DNA from: Candidatus Iainarchaeum sp.
GTDB lineage: Archaea; Iainarchaeota; Iainarchaeia; Iainarchaeales; CSSED10-239
Length of the DNA stretch: 16,784 nt
Direction of reading: 5' to 3'
NCBI GenBank assembly: GCA_003559395.1
Contig: PWLL01000072.1
Coordinates: 1 to 16,784 of the forward strand
Shown here: positions 1 to 7,201 of the stretch, piece by piece
Layout: each line of letters starts with the position of its first letter
Numbering within the stretch: position 1 is the first letter of the stretch
Position numbers and translations under genes: made by a program
Notes under the pieces: generated by a model
Database searches by the model: none
What the model was told of the DNA's origin: nothing
What the model saw: the letters and a program-made list of their open reading frames with translations, nothing else

Positions 1-58
1 TCACAAATCAGCATATATTTAAAAAATATAAAAGAACAAACAATTTATAAAAGTATCG

Positions 59-748
59 TTACTTAAATAATCTTGGATTTTTGTCTGAAAATCTTTTAAT
101 CACACCATTTATAAGAAAATGATCTCCTTTCTTCAGATAAATATAACCTATGACAGACGCAATCAGCGCTCCGATAGTGTTAAGTATAAAATCATACATT
201 GTGTCTATGACACCTAATCTTGTATCGCAGGAATTATAATTTGAATCTAAATCTCTTGACTTTTGCATATCCAGACCAAGAGCAGAATCCATTCCAAACT
301 CAAAGATTTCCCATACAACACCTATAGAAAGAGTTATACAAAAAATTAATATGGATATGAAAAAAACACTTGTTTTTATTTTTTCAGTTTTATAAAGAAC
401 ATACATTATTCCAAAAGCAACCAACCCAATTGCAAAACCAGAAAATAAATGTAATAGAGAATCCCACCACCAATAAAGAAGATAATAATTTCTAACCTCT
501 CCTAAAAAAACCCCAGCATATATAAAAAGAACAATCGCCAACTGAACTTCTGAAGGAAGATAGATTTTATATTTTTTTTGAAAAAAATAAGGCAAAGATA
601 TTAAAAAAACAGAAAGTATAGTTACAAAGAAAAAAAGCCATCTTTGGTTAAAAAATTCAATAAATAAAGCAACAATTAATGTAAACAATATAAAATAAGT
701 AATATATTTTTGAATAATATCAAATTTTGTTTTTTTTGGTGGATTCAT
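59..748 (-). CDS. Polytopic integral membrane protein of unknown function (possibly YjdF/DUF2238-like)
   Basis: Long ORF with about six hydrophobic helices (YFILFTLIVALFIEF, LFFFVTILSVFLISLPYF, LAIVLFIYAGVFLG, LLHLFSGFAIGLVAFGIMYVLY, VFFISILIFCITLSIGVVWEIFEF, ILNTIGALIASVIGYIYL). The track start at 784 is a TTG (plus-strand caa at 782-784). The first true ATG is at 746-748 (MNPPKKTKF...), and using it removes the 23-nt overlap with metG. The family guess rests only on the WEIFEF...D..D......GA pattern. Confidence 0.7.
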   Translation of the reverse strand: MNPPKKTKFDIIQKYITYFILFTLIVALFIEFFNQRWLFFFVTILSVFLISLPYFFQKKYKIYLPSEVQLAIVLFIYAGVFLGEVRNYYLLYWWWDSLLHLFSGFAIGLVAFGIMYVLYKTEKIKTSVFFISILIFCITLSIGVVWEIFEFGMDSALGLDMQKSRDLDSNYNSCDTRLGVIDTMYDFILNTIGALIASVIGYIYLKKGDHFLINGVIKRFSDKNPRLFK

Positions 749-761
749 ATTTTTTCTTGTT

Positions 762-2342
762 TTAGAGTATAAATTCTTTTTCAATTTTTTTAAATAAAAT
801 TTCTGGTTTATTTATGTTTTTTACAGAAAAGTTTAAAGAAATTTCTTTATCCTCTGTATTTAAAAACTTAAAGATTCTTTCTGCACTCTCTGGAATTATT
901 GGAGAAAAAAGAACAGATAATATTCTTATAATCTCAACAGAATAACCTAAAGAAGAATAATCTTTTGTTTTCCAAGGCTCTTTTTGGTTAAGATATCTAT
1001 TTCCTAGATCTGATATTTTAAGAAGATCATATAAAGCGTATCTTATTTCACAGATATTATAGTTGTTATCAATTTTGTTGACTAGTGCTTTTATATCTTC
1101 TTCTAGTTTTTCATCTTTTGTTGTTATTTCTGGAACTTTTCCTTCTAGTTTTTTATATACAAAATCAAGAACTCTATTAACGTAGTTTCCTAGATTACCA
1201 ATAAGTTCTTTATTTATTCTTTCTTTAAAGTCTTCTAAAACAAAATCAGCATCTTTTGTTTCAGTCAAGATATAGGTTAGATAAAATCTCCAATAATCTA
1301 TAGGCACTTCAGAAATAATCGGACTATCTAAAAAGATGCCAGTTTTTTTACTTTTTGAAAATTTAATTCCTTTAAAGTTTAAAAACTGATACCCTAAAAC
1401 ATTAGTAGGCAAATTAAATCTTCCTTCACCTATAATCTGTCCTGGCCAGAAAATCGTATGAAAGGGGATATTATCTTTACCTAAAAAATAATAAGTTTCT
1501 GTTTGTTTGTCTTTCCAAAGATCTAATCCTTTTTGTCCAAGCAATTCAACTGTTGATGAAACATAGCCTATAACATTATCAAACCAAACATAAAAAACTT
1601 TATTTTCATAACCTTCTAAGGGAACTTTTACTCCCCAAGATAGGTTTCTAGTGATACATCTTTCTTTTATTCCTGTTGCAATCCATCCTTTAGCAATTGC
1701 TTTTACTTGTTGTCTTAATAAAGGATGATTTGTTATCCAGTTATCCAAATCAGAGACAACTTTTCTTAAATCTAAAAAAAGATGTTGGTCATTTTTAAAA
1801 GAAACATCAGATGATTGACAGATTGCACAAAAAGGATCTACAAGATCTTCAGATTCTAAAACTTTACCACAAACCTCACATTGATCTCCGTTGGCTTCTT
1901 CTTGACAATGAGGACATTTACCTTTAATAAACCTATCTGCAAGATCTTTCTTACATTTATTACAGAATGCTTGCTTGGCTTCTTTTTCTGAAATAAATCC
2001 GTTTTTATAAAGATTTAAAAAAAACTCCTGAACAATCTTGTGATGAATCTCTTTTGATGTTCTTGAAAAATTATCATAACTAATATTCATTTTTTCATAA
2101 AGTTCTTTGTGTTTGATATAATATTTGTCACATAATTCTTTAGGAGAAACCCCTTCTTTATGTGCTGCAAACTCTGTTGCGGCTCCATTTTCGTCTGTGC
2201 CACCAACAAAATAAACCGTACATCCTTTTATTCTAGAATATCTTGCAAAGATGTCTGCTGGAAGATGAGATCCTACAAGATGGCCTAGATGTGGGATGTT
2301 GTTTGTAAATGGAAGTGCTGCAGTTATTATTCTTGTTTTCAT
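762..2342 (-). CDS. metG: Methionyl-tRNA synthetase (class I), minimal form without a C-terminal tRNA-binding appendage
   Basis: HIGH-type motif PHLGH near the N-terminus and KMSKS-type motif KFSKS. Four CxxC knuckles (CNKC, CPHC, CEVC, CAIC) are typical of the MetRS zinc-binding insertion. ATG start at 2340-2342. Confidence 0.95.
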   Translation of the reverse strand: MKTRIITAALPFTNNIPHLGHLVGSHLPADIFARYSRIKGCTVYFVGGTDENGAATEFAAHKEGVSPKELCDKYYIKHKELYEKMNISYDNFSRTSKEIHHKIVQEFFLNLYKNGFISEKEAKQAFCNKCKKDLADRFIKGKCPHCQEEANGDQCEVCGKVLESEDLVDPFCAICQSSDVSFKNDQHLFLDLRKVVSDLDNWITNHPLLRQQVKAIAKGWIATGIKERCITRNLSWGVKVPLEGYENKVFYVWFDNVIGYVSSTVELLGQKGLDLWKDKQTETYYFLGKDNIPFHTIFWPGQIIGEGRFNLPTNVLGYQFLNFKGIKFSKSKKTGIFLDSPIISEVPIDYWRFYLTYILTETKDADFVLEDFKERINKELIGNLGNYVNRVLDFVYKKLEGKVPEITTKDEKLEEDIKALVNKIDNNYNICEIRYALYDLLKISDLGNRYLNQKEPWKTKDYSSLGYSVEIIRILSVLFSPIIPESAERIFKFLNTEDKEISLNFSVKNINKPEILFKKIEKEFIL

Positions 2343-2354
2343 AAATCAATCACA

Positions 2355-2383
2355 TTTTATATTAATAATATATAATATATAGA
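2355..2383 (-). promoter_or_regulatory. TATA-rich putative archaeal promoter for metG (short or absent leader)
   Basis: The minus strand reads CTATATATTATATATTATTAATATAAAA, about 13-40 nt upstream of the metG ATG, inside the 169-bp divergent intergenic region. Sequence pattern only. Confidence 0.3.
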
Positions 2384-2484
2384 GAAAATATGTTTTTAAA
2401 GGGTTTTTTTCTAGAAAAGCACTGTTTTTTGTATTTTGCTTGATTTTGACAAAATAAATGTGTTTTTAAAATTAACGATTAATA

Positions 2485-2498
2485 CTTATATATAAATA
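2485..2498 (+). promoter_or_regulatory. Putative TATA box for the 2512-3536 two-gene unit
   Basis: cttatatataaata is centred about 21 nt upstream of the ATG at 2512, consistent with a leaderless or short-leader archaeal transcript. Pattern only. Confidence 0.3.
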
Positions 2499-2511
2499 AG
2501 CATAAATAAAA

Positions 2512-2910
2512 ATGAAAAATATGAAAATATTCTTAATATCATCAAAAGAGTTTTCAAATAAACTGCCGACAATAAAATTTAACTTACAAAAAGAAAAACA
2601 CGAAGTTAGTTTGCCAACCTTTGATATAGGAAAAACTAATGAGAAAAATATTAAACAAATATATATGAAAAAAGATTTACAAAAAATAGAAGCCTGCCAA
2701 GGAATACTTGTTTGTAACTTTAAAAAAAAAATTGAAAAATATATTGGCCCAACAACTCTCGTTTATATGGGCGTTGCCTTTTATCTTAATAAAAAAATAT
2801 ATTTGTTATATGATCTTCCAGACACAAGCAATCTGGAAGAAATTAAAAGCTTTTCTCCTACTTGTCTTTTAGGAGATATAAAAAAAATAAAAAAGGATGA
2901 ATATAAATGA
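2512..2910 (+). CDS. Small alpha/beta (Rossmannoid) protein, nucleoside 2-deoxyribosyltransferase-like / TIR-like fold suspected; function unknown
   Basis: 132 aa. N-terminal beta-strand MKIFLISS, central strand GILVCNF, then YIGPTTLVYMGVAFYLNKKIYLL. This resembles the G-x-T-x-x-E-x-G-x-A-x-x-x-G-K-P-(I/V) segment of nucleoside 2-deoxyribosyltransferase-like proteins, but with Tyr where the catalytic Glu would sit. The TGA stop overlaps the next ATG (ATGA at 2907-2910). Confidence 0.6.
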   Translation: MKNMKIFLISSKEFSNKLPTIKFNLQKEKHEVSLPTFDIGKTNEKNIKQIYMKKDLQKIEACQGILVCNFKKKIEKYIGPTTLVYMGVAFYLNKKIYLLYDLPDTSNLEEIKSFSPTCLLGDIKKIKKDEYK

Positions 2911-3536
2911 TAAAAGTTGTTGTTTTTGATCTATGGGAAACTCTTGCGTCAAGCAGAGTAAAAGAAAGTTATAGTAAACTTTTAAAAAAAGAATTTAATA
3001 TTAAAAAACCACTAGATAAGATAAGAGATATCTTTGAAGAAACTTTTCAAACAAAATACTGGGAAACAGAATATGATGCGTTTAAGGAGATTTGTAGAAA
3101 CTTAGTGGTTGCTCCAACAGACAAAAACATCTTTAGAATGATTGCTTTAAGAGAAAGAAAAAAAGGAGACATTTATCTTTTTAAAGAAAGCATTCCTCTT
3201 CTAAAACAACTTAAGAAAAAAAACTACAAAACAGGAATCATATCTAACACCTCTATGGCAGACTATGATAGAATGAAAAACAAGTTGAAAATTCTTAAAT
3301 ATATTGACTATCCTGTTTTTTCTTTTCAGGTTGGTGTTGTAAAACCCGATCCTGTTATATATCTTGAGATACAAAATAAAGCACAAGTATATAATAACGA
3401 AATTTTAATGATTGGAGATAATTTTGAACACGATGTTGCAGGGCCTAAAAAACTAGGCATAAATGCAATTCATTTTAATGGAGATTTTTCTAAATTAAAA
3501 GAAGATCTAAAGAAATTTAATGTTTTTTTGGATTAA
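2907..3536 (+). CDS. HAD-superfamily hydrolase (subfamily IA-like) with non-canonical motif I
   Basis: Motif I is VVVFDLWETL (D-x-W-x-T, so the second Asp is replaced by Trp). Motif II is ISNTS, the motif III Lys lies in VKPDP, and motif IV is IGDNFEHDV. A helical cap region lies between motifs I and II. Confidence 0.8.
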   Translation: MIKVVVFDLWETLASSRVKESYSKLLKKEFNIKKPLDKIRDIFEETFQTKYWETEYDAFKEICRNLVVAPTDKNIFRMIALRERKKGDIYLFKESIPLLKQLKKKNYKTGIISNTSMADYDRMKNKLKILKYIDYPVFSFQVGVVKPDPVIYLEIQNKAQVYNNEILMIGDNFEHDVAGPKKLGINAIHFNGDFSKLKEDLKKFNVFLD

Positions 3537-4102
3537 TAATTGTGGCCTGGACACAAACAATTAATTTCTAGACTAGTTAATTTTTCTAAACTTTTGTTCA
3601 TATCTTTTGGAGATGAAGTTGGTAAATCATATCTACCAATAACAAGATTATAAAACAAAGTATCTCCTGAAAAAAGAAGTTTATTTTTTTTATCATAGAT
3701 AGCAATTGATCCAGAAGTATGGCCTGGGCAAGTAATTATTTTTAGGTTTTCTGGAATTTCTTTTTCTGTAAGTTCTTGTAGTTTTATTTTTCTAAAATTA
3801 TTAAGTACAAGTTTGTTTAAAACTGTGCCTAAAGGATCTTTCTCTAAGTTGTCTATTTCTTTTTTTGAAGCAAAAAACCTAGCATTTGGAAAAAGGTCAA
3901 AATTAGATATATGATCATAATGAAGATGCGTAAAAATAACTTTCTTTATAGCTTTTAAATCTGTTAGATTCATTAGGTTTTTTCTAACAACTTCTTTGTC
4001 TTCTAGACTTCCTGCATCAATGATTATTTGATGTTCTTTTAGATAGTAGATGTTTGAGATTCCTGAAATCTTATATATATCTTTTATAACTTCTGACAAC
4101 AT
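3533..4102 (-). CDS. Minimal metallo-beta-lactamase-fold hydrolase
   Basis: HxHxDH motif (THLHYDH), followed by CPGHTSGS, SGDTLF and a C-terminal CPGHNY, which are the usual MBL metal-ligand motifs. Only 189 aa. ATG at 4100-4102, 6 nt downstream of the preceding gene's stop. Confidence 0.85.
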   Translation of the reverse strand: MLSEVIKDIYKISGISNIYYLKEHQIIIDAGSLEDKEVVRKNLMNLTDLKAIKKVIFTHLHYDHISNFDLFPNARFFASKKEIDNLEKDPLGTVLNKLVLNNFRKIKLQELTEKEIPENLKIITCPGHTSGSIAIYDKKNKLLFSGDTLFYNLVIGRYDLPTSSPKDMNKSLEKLTSLEINCLCPGHNY

Positions 4103-4108
4103 ATTAAA

Positions 4109-5386
4109 CTATTTTAAATATTTTTGTTTTTCTAATAAAAACTTCCAAGCAGGAATAATCTTTATATTATATTTGCCTTCTTCTGTAATTGTTCTTTCTT
4201 CTTTATAACTTATGATATATCCTTCTTTTAGTTTATAAAACTCTAAAAATTTCTTTAGCCCTTTTATATTTATTTTACCAAATTTTATTTCAATAGGAAT
4301 TACTTTTTTACCAATATATATTGCATCAACTTCATCTTTATATTCTGATCTCCAAAAAAAATCTACTTCTGTTTGATTTATGATGATTGTTTCAAAAACT
4401 TTTGATTTGCTTAAAATATCTTCGTTATAAAGCAATTCATTATCAATAATTGCAGGATAATATTTTTTTAGTTTCTTTTCTACTTTTCTTTTATTTTTAG
4501 AATAATTATAAATTTTTTTAACTAAATAATAGTCAATAAGATATTGAACATAATTAGATATTGTTTGTCTTGATACTTTTAAATCATTAGCAAGACTTAC
4601 AAAATCAATAATTTGGCCAGGTTCTTTAGAAATAATTTTAATAATTGATTCAAGTGTTGAAATATCCCTTATATCATATTGTTGAATAATATCAGTATAC
4701 ATTATTTTTTCCAGAATGTTAGCTGTATAGTCTTTTAAATAATCTGCGTTATTGTTAATAAGTTCAGGAAACCCTTGGGATTTTAAATATTCATCAAATT
4801 TTTTTAAAAGCTTTGATTCATATAACAAAAGATTAGAATAATCAATTTCTTTAAAATCTAAAAATTCCTTAAAAGAAAGTTGAGATATCTTAAACTCAAA
4901 TATTCTACCTGCTAAAGATTCTTTTAATTTTTTTTTAATAAACAACGATTCTGAACCAGAAATAAATATTTTTATATTTTGTTTTATTTTTTGAATATCA
5001 TATAATATTTTTATTTTGTTTTCCCAATCATCTATCTTTTGAATTTCATCAAAACATAAGATAATTTTATTTTTTTTAATAGATTTTTTTGTAATCATTT
5101 CGTATTCTTCTAACAAATCTAACAAATTTACATCTTTTAAACCATCAAAAGAAAAATAAAAGATTGATTTTGGGTCTATATTTTTATTAAGATAATCTTT
5201 TATTATCTTATAAATTAAAGTTGTTTTTCCAACTCTTCTTATGCCTGTTAAAGCAACAATTTGTGGATATTTTTTGTGTTTCTCTATTATTGAATATATT
5301 TCTCTTGGCTTATAATCTATTGTAAATTTTTCTTGCCACCAAGGATTATAATTTATTATTAGTTTTTTAAGATCTTTTTCATCCAT
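4109..5386 (-). CDS. AAA+ (AAA_14-type) P-loop ATPase with central HTH and C-terminal PD-(D/E)xK nuclease-like domain (DUF4143 architecture)
   Basis: Walker A LTGIRRVGKTTL and Walker B ILCFDEIQ. HTH-like segment LANDLKVSRQTISNYVQYL. The C-terminal FFWRSEYKDEVDAIYIGKKVIPIEIK carries D354 and E366-x-K368 (codons 4283-4333), a PD-(D/E)xK signature. Confidence 0.85.
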   Translation of the reverse strand: MDEKDLKKLIINYNPWWQEKFTIDYKPREIYSIIEKHKKYPQIVALTGIRRVGKTTLIYKIIKDYLNKNIDPKSIFYFSFDGLKDVNLLDLLEEYEMITKKSIKKNKIILCFDEIQKIDDWENKIKILYDIQKIKQNIKIFISGSESLFIKKKLKESLAGRIFEFKISQLSFKEFLDFKEIDYSNLLLYESKLLKKFDEYLKSQGFPELINNNADYLKDYTANILEKIMYTDIIQQYDIRDISTLESIIKIISKEPGQIIDFVSLANDLKVSRQTISNYVQYLIDYYLVKKIYNYSKNKRKVEKKLKKYYPAIIDNELLYNEDILSKSKVFETIIINQTEVDFFWRSEYKDEVDAIYIGKKVIPIEIKFGKINIKGLKKFLEFYKLKEGYIISYKEERTITEEGKYNIKIIPAWKFLLEKQKYLK

Positions 5387-5413
5387 ACCACATCATTTTT
5401 GTGTCATTTACGA

Positions 5414-5440
5414 TTAACACAAAATCGCACTTTGTGTTAA
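5414..5440 (-). promoter_or_regulatory. Perfect 10-bp inverted repeat (TTAACACAAA-N7-TTTGTGTTAA), putative operator
   Basis: The arms at 5414-5423 and 5431-5440 are exact reverse complements with spacer atcgcac. The repeat lies directly downstream, in minus-strand sense, of a TATA-like box and about 28-54 nt upstream of the ATPase ATG. A third half-site copy (TTTTTGTGT, 5396-5404) lies closer to the start codon. Confidence 0.55.
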
Positions 5441-5441
5441 C

Positions 5442-5450
5442 TATAAATAA
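5442..5450 (-). promoter_or_regulatory. Putative TATA box of the ATPase-MBL operon
   Basis: The minus strand reads TTATTTATA and abuts the palindrome. It is about 60 nt upstream of the ATG at 5386, which places the expected transcription start inside the palindrome. Confidence 0.4.
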
Positions 5451-5492
5451 CATACTTCCAAAGAGTTTTTAAAGAGATTTATTTTCACAAAA

Positions 5493-7169
5493 TTACTTAT
5501 GAGTAAACCAAAAAGAAAAAACATCTTCTTCTATAGCATCTAGCCTACAAAAACCAAATCTTTCAAACTGAATAACAGATCCAACCTTTAAAGAAGCAAC
5601 TTCTTTTTCACAAAATCCTTCTATTATCTCGTGATCTGGAGTTAATATTTTAGCTTTTAACGACTGTTTATGATCTGCTGGTAAAAAATGAATTATTTTT
5701 TTAGAACCAGGATGTTCTTTATAGTCTTGATGTTCTGAAGAGCTATAGACATATTGATCTTTTTTCTTAATAACATTAATATTATCCATTAATCTAATAA
5801 GATCATTATCTTTAAAACTATCAACATCTTGTTTGTCTAGATAATATTTACCATTAGATTTAAAATGTCTTAGACCCATATCAAGTGATGGATGTTTTCC
5901 TAAAGAATATTCTTTTTTAGGATCATCAATAACTTCTATTTCAACAGGATCTTTTACAAAAAAATATCTTTCTGTTCTATCGTTTAAAACTCTTCGATTA
6001 TATTTTTCTAAAGTATCCCATGTAAGACTTGTTCCTGATGTTCTTGAGATACCAGTATCAACAACCATTTGTTTGATAGCTTCAGGTGTAAATCCTCTTC
6101 TTTTTAATGCAGTTAAAGTTGGTAAAGAAGGATCATCCCAACCAATAAGTTCTCCTTCATTTATCTTTTCTCTTATAACTCTTCCTGCAGCAAGCATGCC
6201 TTTAAGACTAAATCTTGCAATCTCATATGTAAAGGTATCATATAGTTTTAATATCTTTCTTATATAATGATGCAACTCAGATGCTAAATCAAATTCTTGT
6301 GTTCTAAACCTATGAGTGATCTTAAAATAACCATCTAAAACAGCGTTTTGAAAATCATACATTGGATAGATTCTATACTTGTATCCATGTCTTGGATGTT
6401 CCGCATCTATTATTCTAAAGATAGAAGGATCTCTCATTCTTGTGTTTTTATGTTTAAGATCAATCTTAAGTCTTAAAGTTGCCATACCTTCTTCATATTC
6501 CTTAAACTCAAACCAATTTTTTAGATTTTCTTCAACAGAGGCTTTTCTACATTCACAAGCGTCTCCTGTTTTTCTATACTCACTCATCTTTTCGGGTTGG
6601 CAAAAACAAACATAGGCTTGTCCTTTTTTAACCAAAGATGTAGCATACTCATACATTAAGTCAATATAGTCTGAAGAATAAATCACCTTATCCCATTTTA
6701 CACCCAACCAACCAATATCCTCTTCCATTATCTTATAATATTGTGGTTTTACGTTTTTTGGGTTAGTATCTTCAAATCTTAAATAAAATTTACCGTTATA
6801 TTTTTTAGCAAGAAGAAAATTAAGAAGAATTGCTTTTGCATGTCCTACATGATAGTGTTTTTCAGGAGAAGGAGGAAAAGCAGTAATAACTTCTGTTCCT
6901 TCTGATATTTCTAAAAAATCGAAAATTTCTTTTTGTTTTTCTTCAAAAAACTCAGGATTTATTTTTTTTAACATTTCTGTTTGTTTTTCTAAAGGAGTGT
7001 TGTTTATTTCCTCTACTAGTGGTTCAAGCAATTTCTTTAGTTCAGGAATGTTTTTTTTGTATTCTGGATAATCTCTAATAACGTTTCCAAAAACAAACTT
7101 TATTTGTGCTTTTCCTTTATGTTTGACTGAGTTTTCTAAAATTATTTTTTTAAGGTTTTCTTTATCCAT
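5493..7169 (-). CDS. gltX: Glutamyl-tRNA synthetase, archaeal/eukaryal type
   Basis: HIGH motif in PSPEKHYHVGHAK. Conserved blocks: LRFEDTNP, GWDDPSLPTLTALKRRGFTPEAI, and an N-terminal helical extension (ENSVKHKGKAQIKFVFGNVI) as recalled from archaeal GluRS. ATG at 7167-7169. Confidence 0.9.
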   Translation of the reverse strand: MDKENLKKIILENSVKHKGKAQIKFVFGNVIRDYPEYKKNIPELKKLLEPLVEEINNTPLEKQTEMLKKINPEFFEEKQKEIFDFLEISEGTEVITAFPPSPEKHYHVGHAKAILLNFLLAKKYNGKFYLRFEDTNPKNVKPQYYKIMEEDIGWLGVKWDKVIYSSDYIDLMYEYATSLVKKGQAYVCFCQPEKMSEYRKTGDACECRKASVEENLKNWFEFKEYEEGMATLRLKIDLKHKNTRMRDPSIFRIIDAEHPRHGYKYRIYPMYDFQNAVLDGYFKITHRFRTQEFDLASELHHYIRKILKLYDTFTYEIARFSLKGMLAAGRVIREKINEGELIGWDDPSLPTLTALKRRGFTPEAIKQMVVDTGISRTSGTSLTWDTLEKYNRRVLNDRTERYFFVKDPVEIEVIDDPKKEYSLGKHPSLDMGLRHFKSNGKYYLDKQDVDSFKDNDLIRLMDNINVIKKKDQYVYSSSEHQDYKEHPGSKKIIHFLPADHKQSLKAKILTPDHEIIEGFCEKEVASLKVGSVIQFERFGFCRLDAIEEDVFSFWFTHK

Positions 7170-7201
7170 AATATCATTCTTAACATTTTATAAACAAAAG
7201 T

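Noticed and set aside
1-58. Possible start of another minus-strand gene at the left edge (ATG at 12-14 preceded by TATA-like sequence)
   Set aside because: Only 14 nt of the putative gene are in the window, so it cannot be supported.
749-784. N-terminal 12 residues (MKKNLYSKTRKN) of the first membrane ORF, overlapping metG by 23 nt
   Set aside because: The start at 784 is a TTG. An ATG at 746-748 gives a non-overlapping gene with the usual basic N-terminus before the first TM helix.
5379-5396. Tiny out-of-frame uORF (ATG ATG TGG TAT GGA TGA) overlapping the ATPase start codon
   Set aside because: It has five codons and no supporting signal. It is most likely a chance consequence of the ATG-rich context.
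5493-7169. Apparent absence of a canonical KMSKS motif in GluRS (the segment aligned by eye upstream of GWDDP reads GMLAAGR)
   Set aside because: My alignment of this loop is from memory of GlnRS/GluRS sequences and is not anchored tightly enough. This loop may be naturally divergent in archaeal-type GluRS. It needs a real alignment before any claim.
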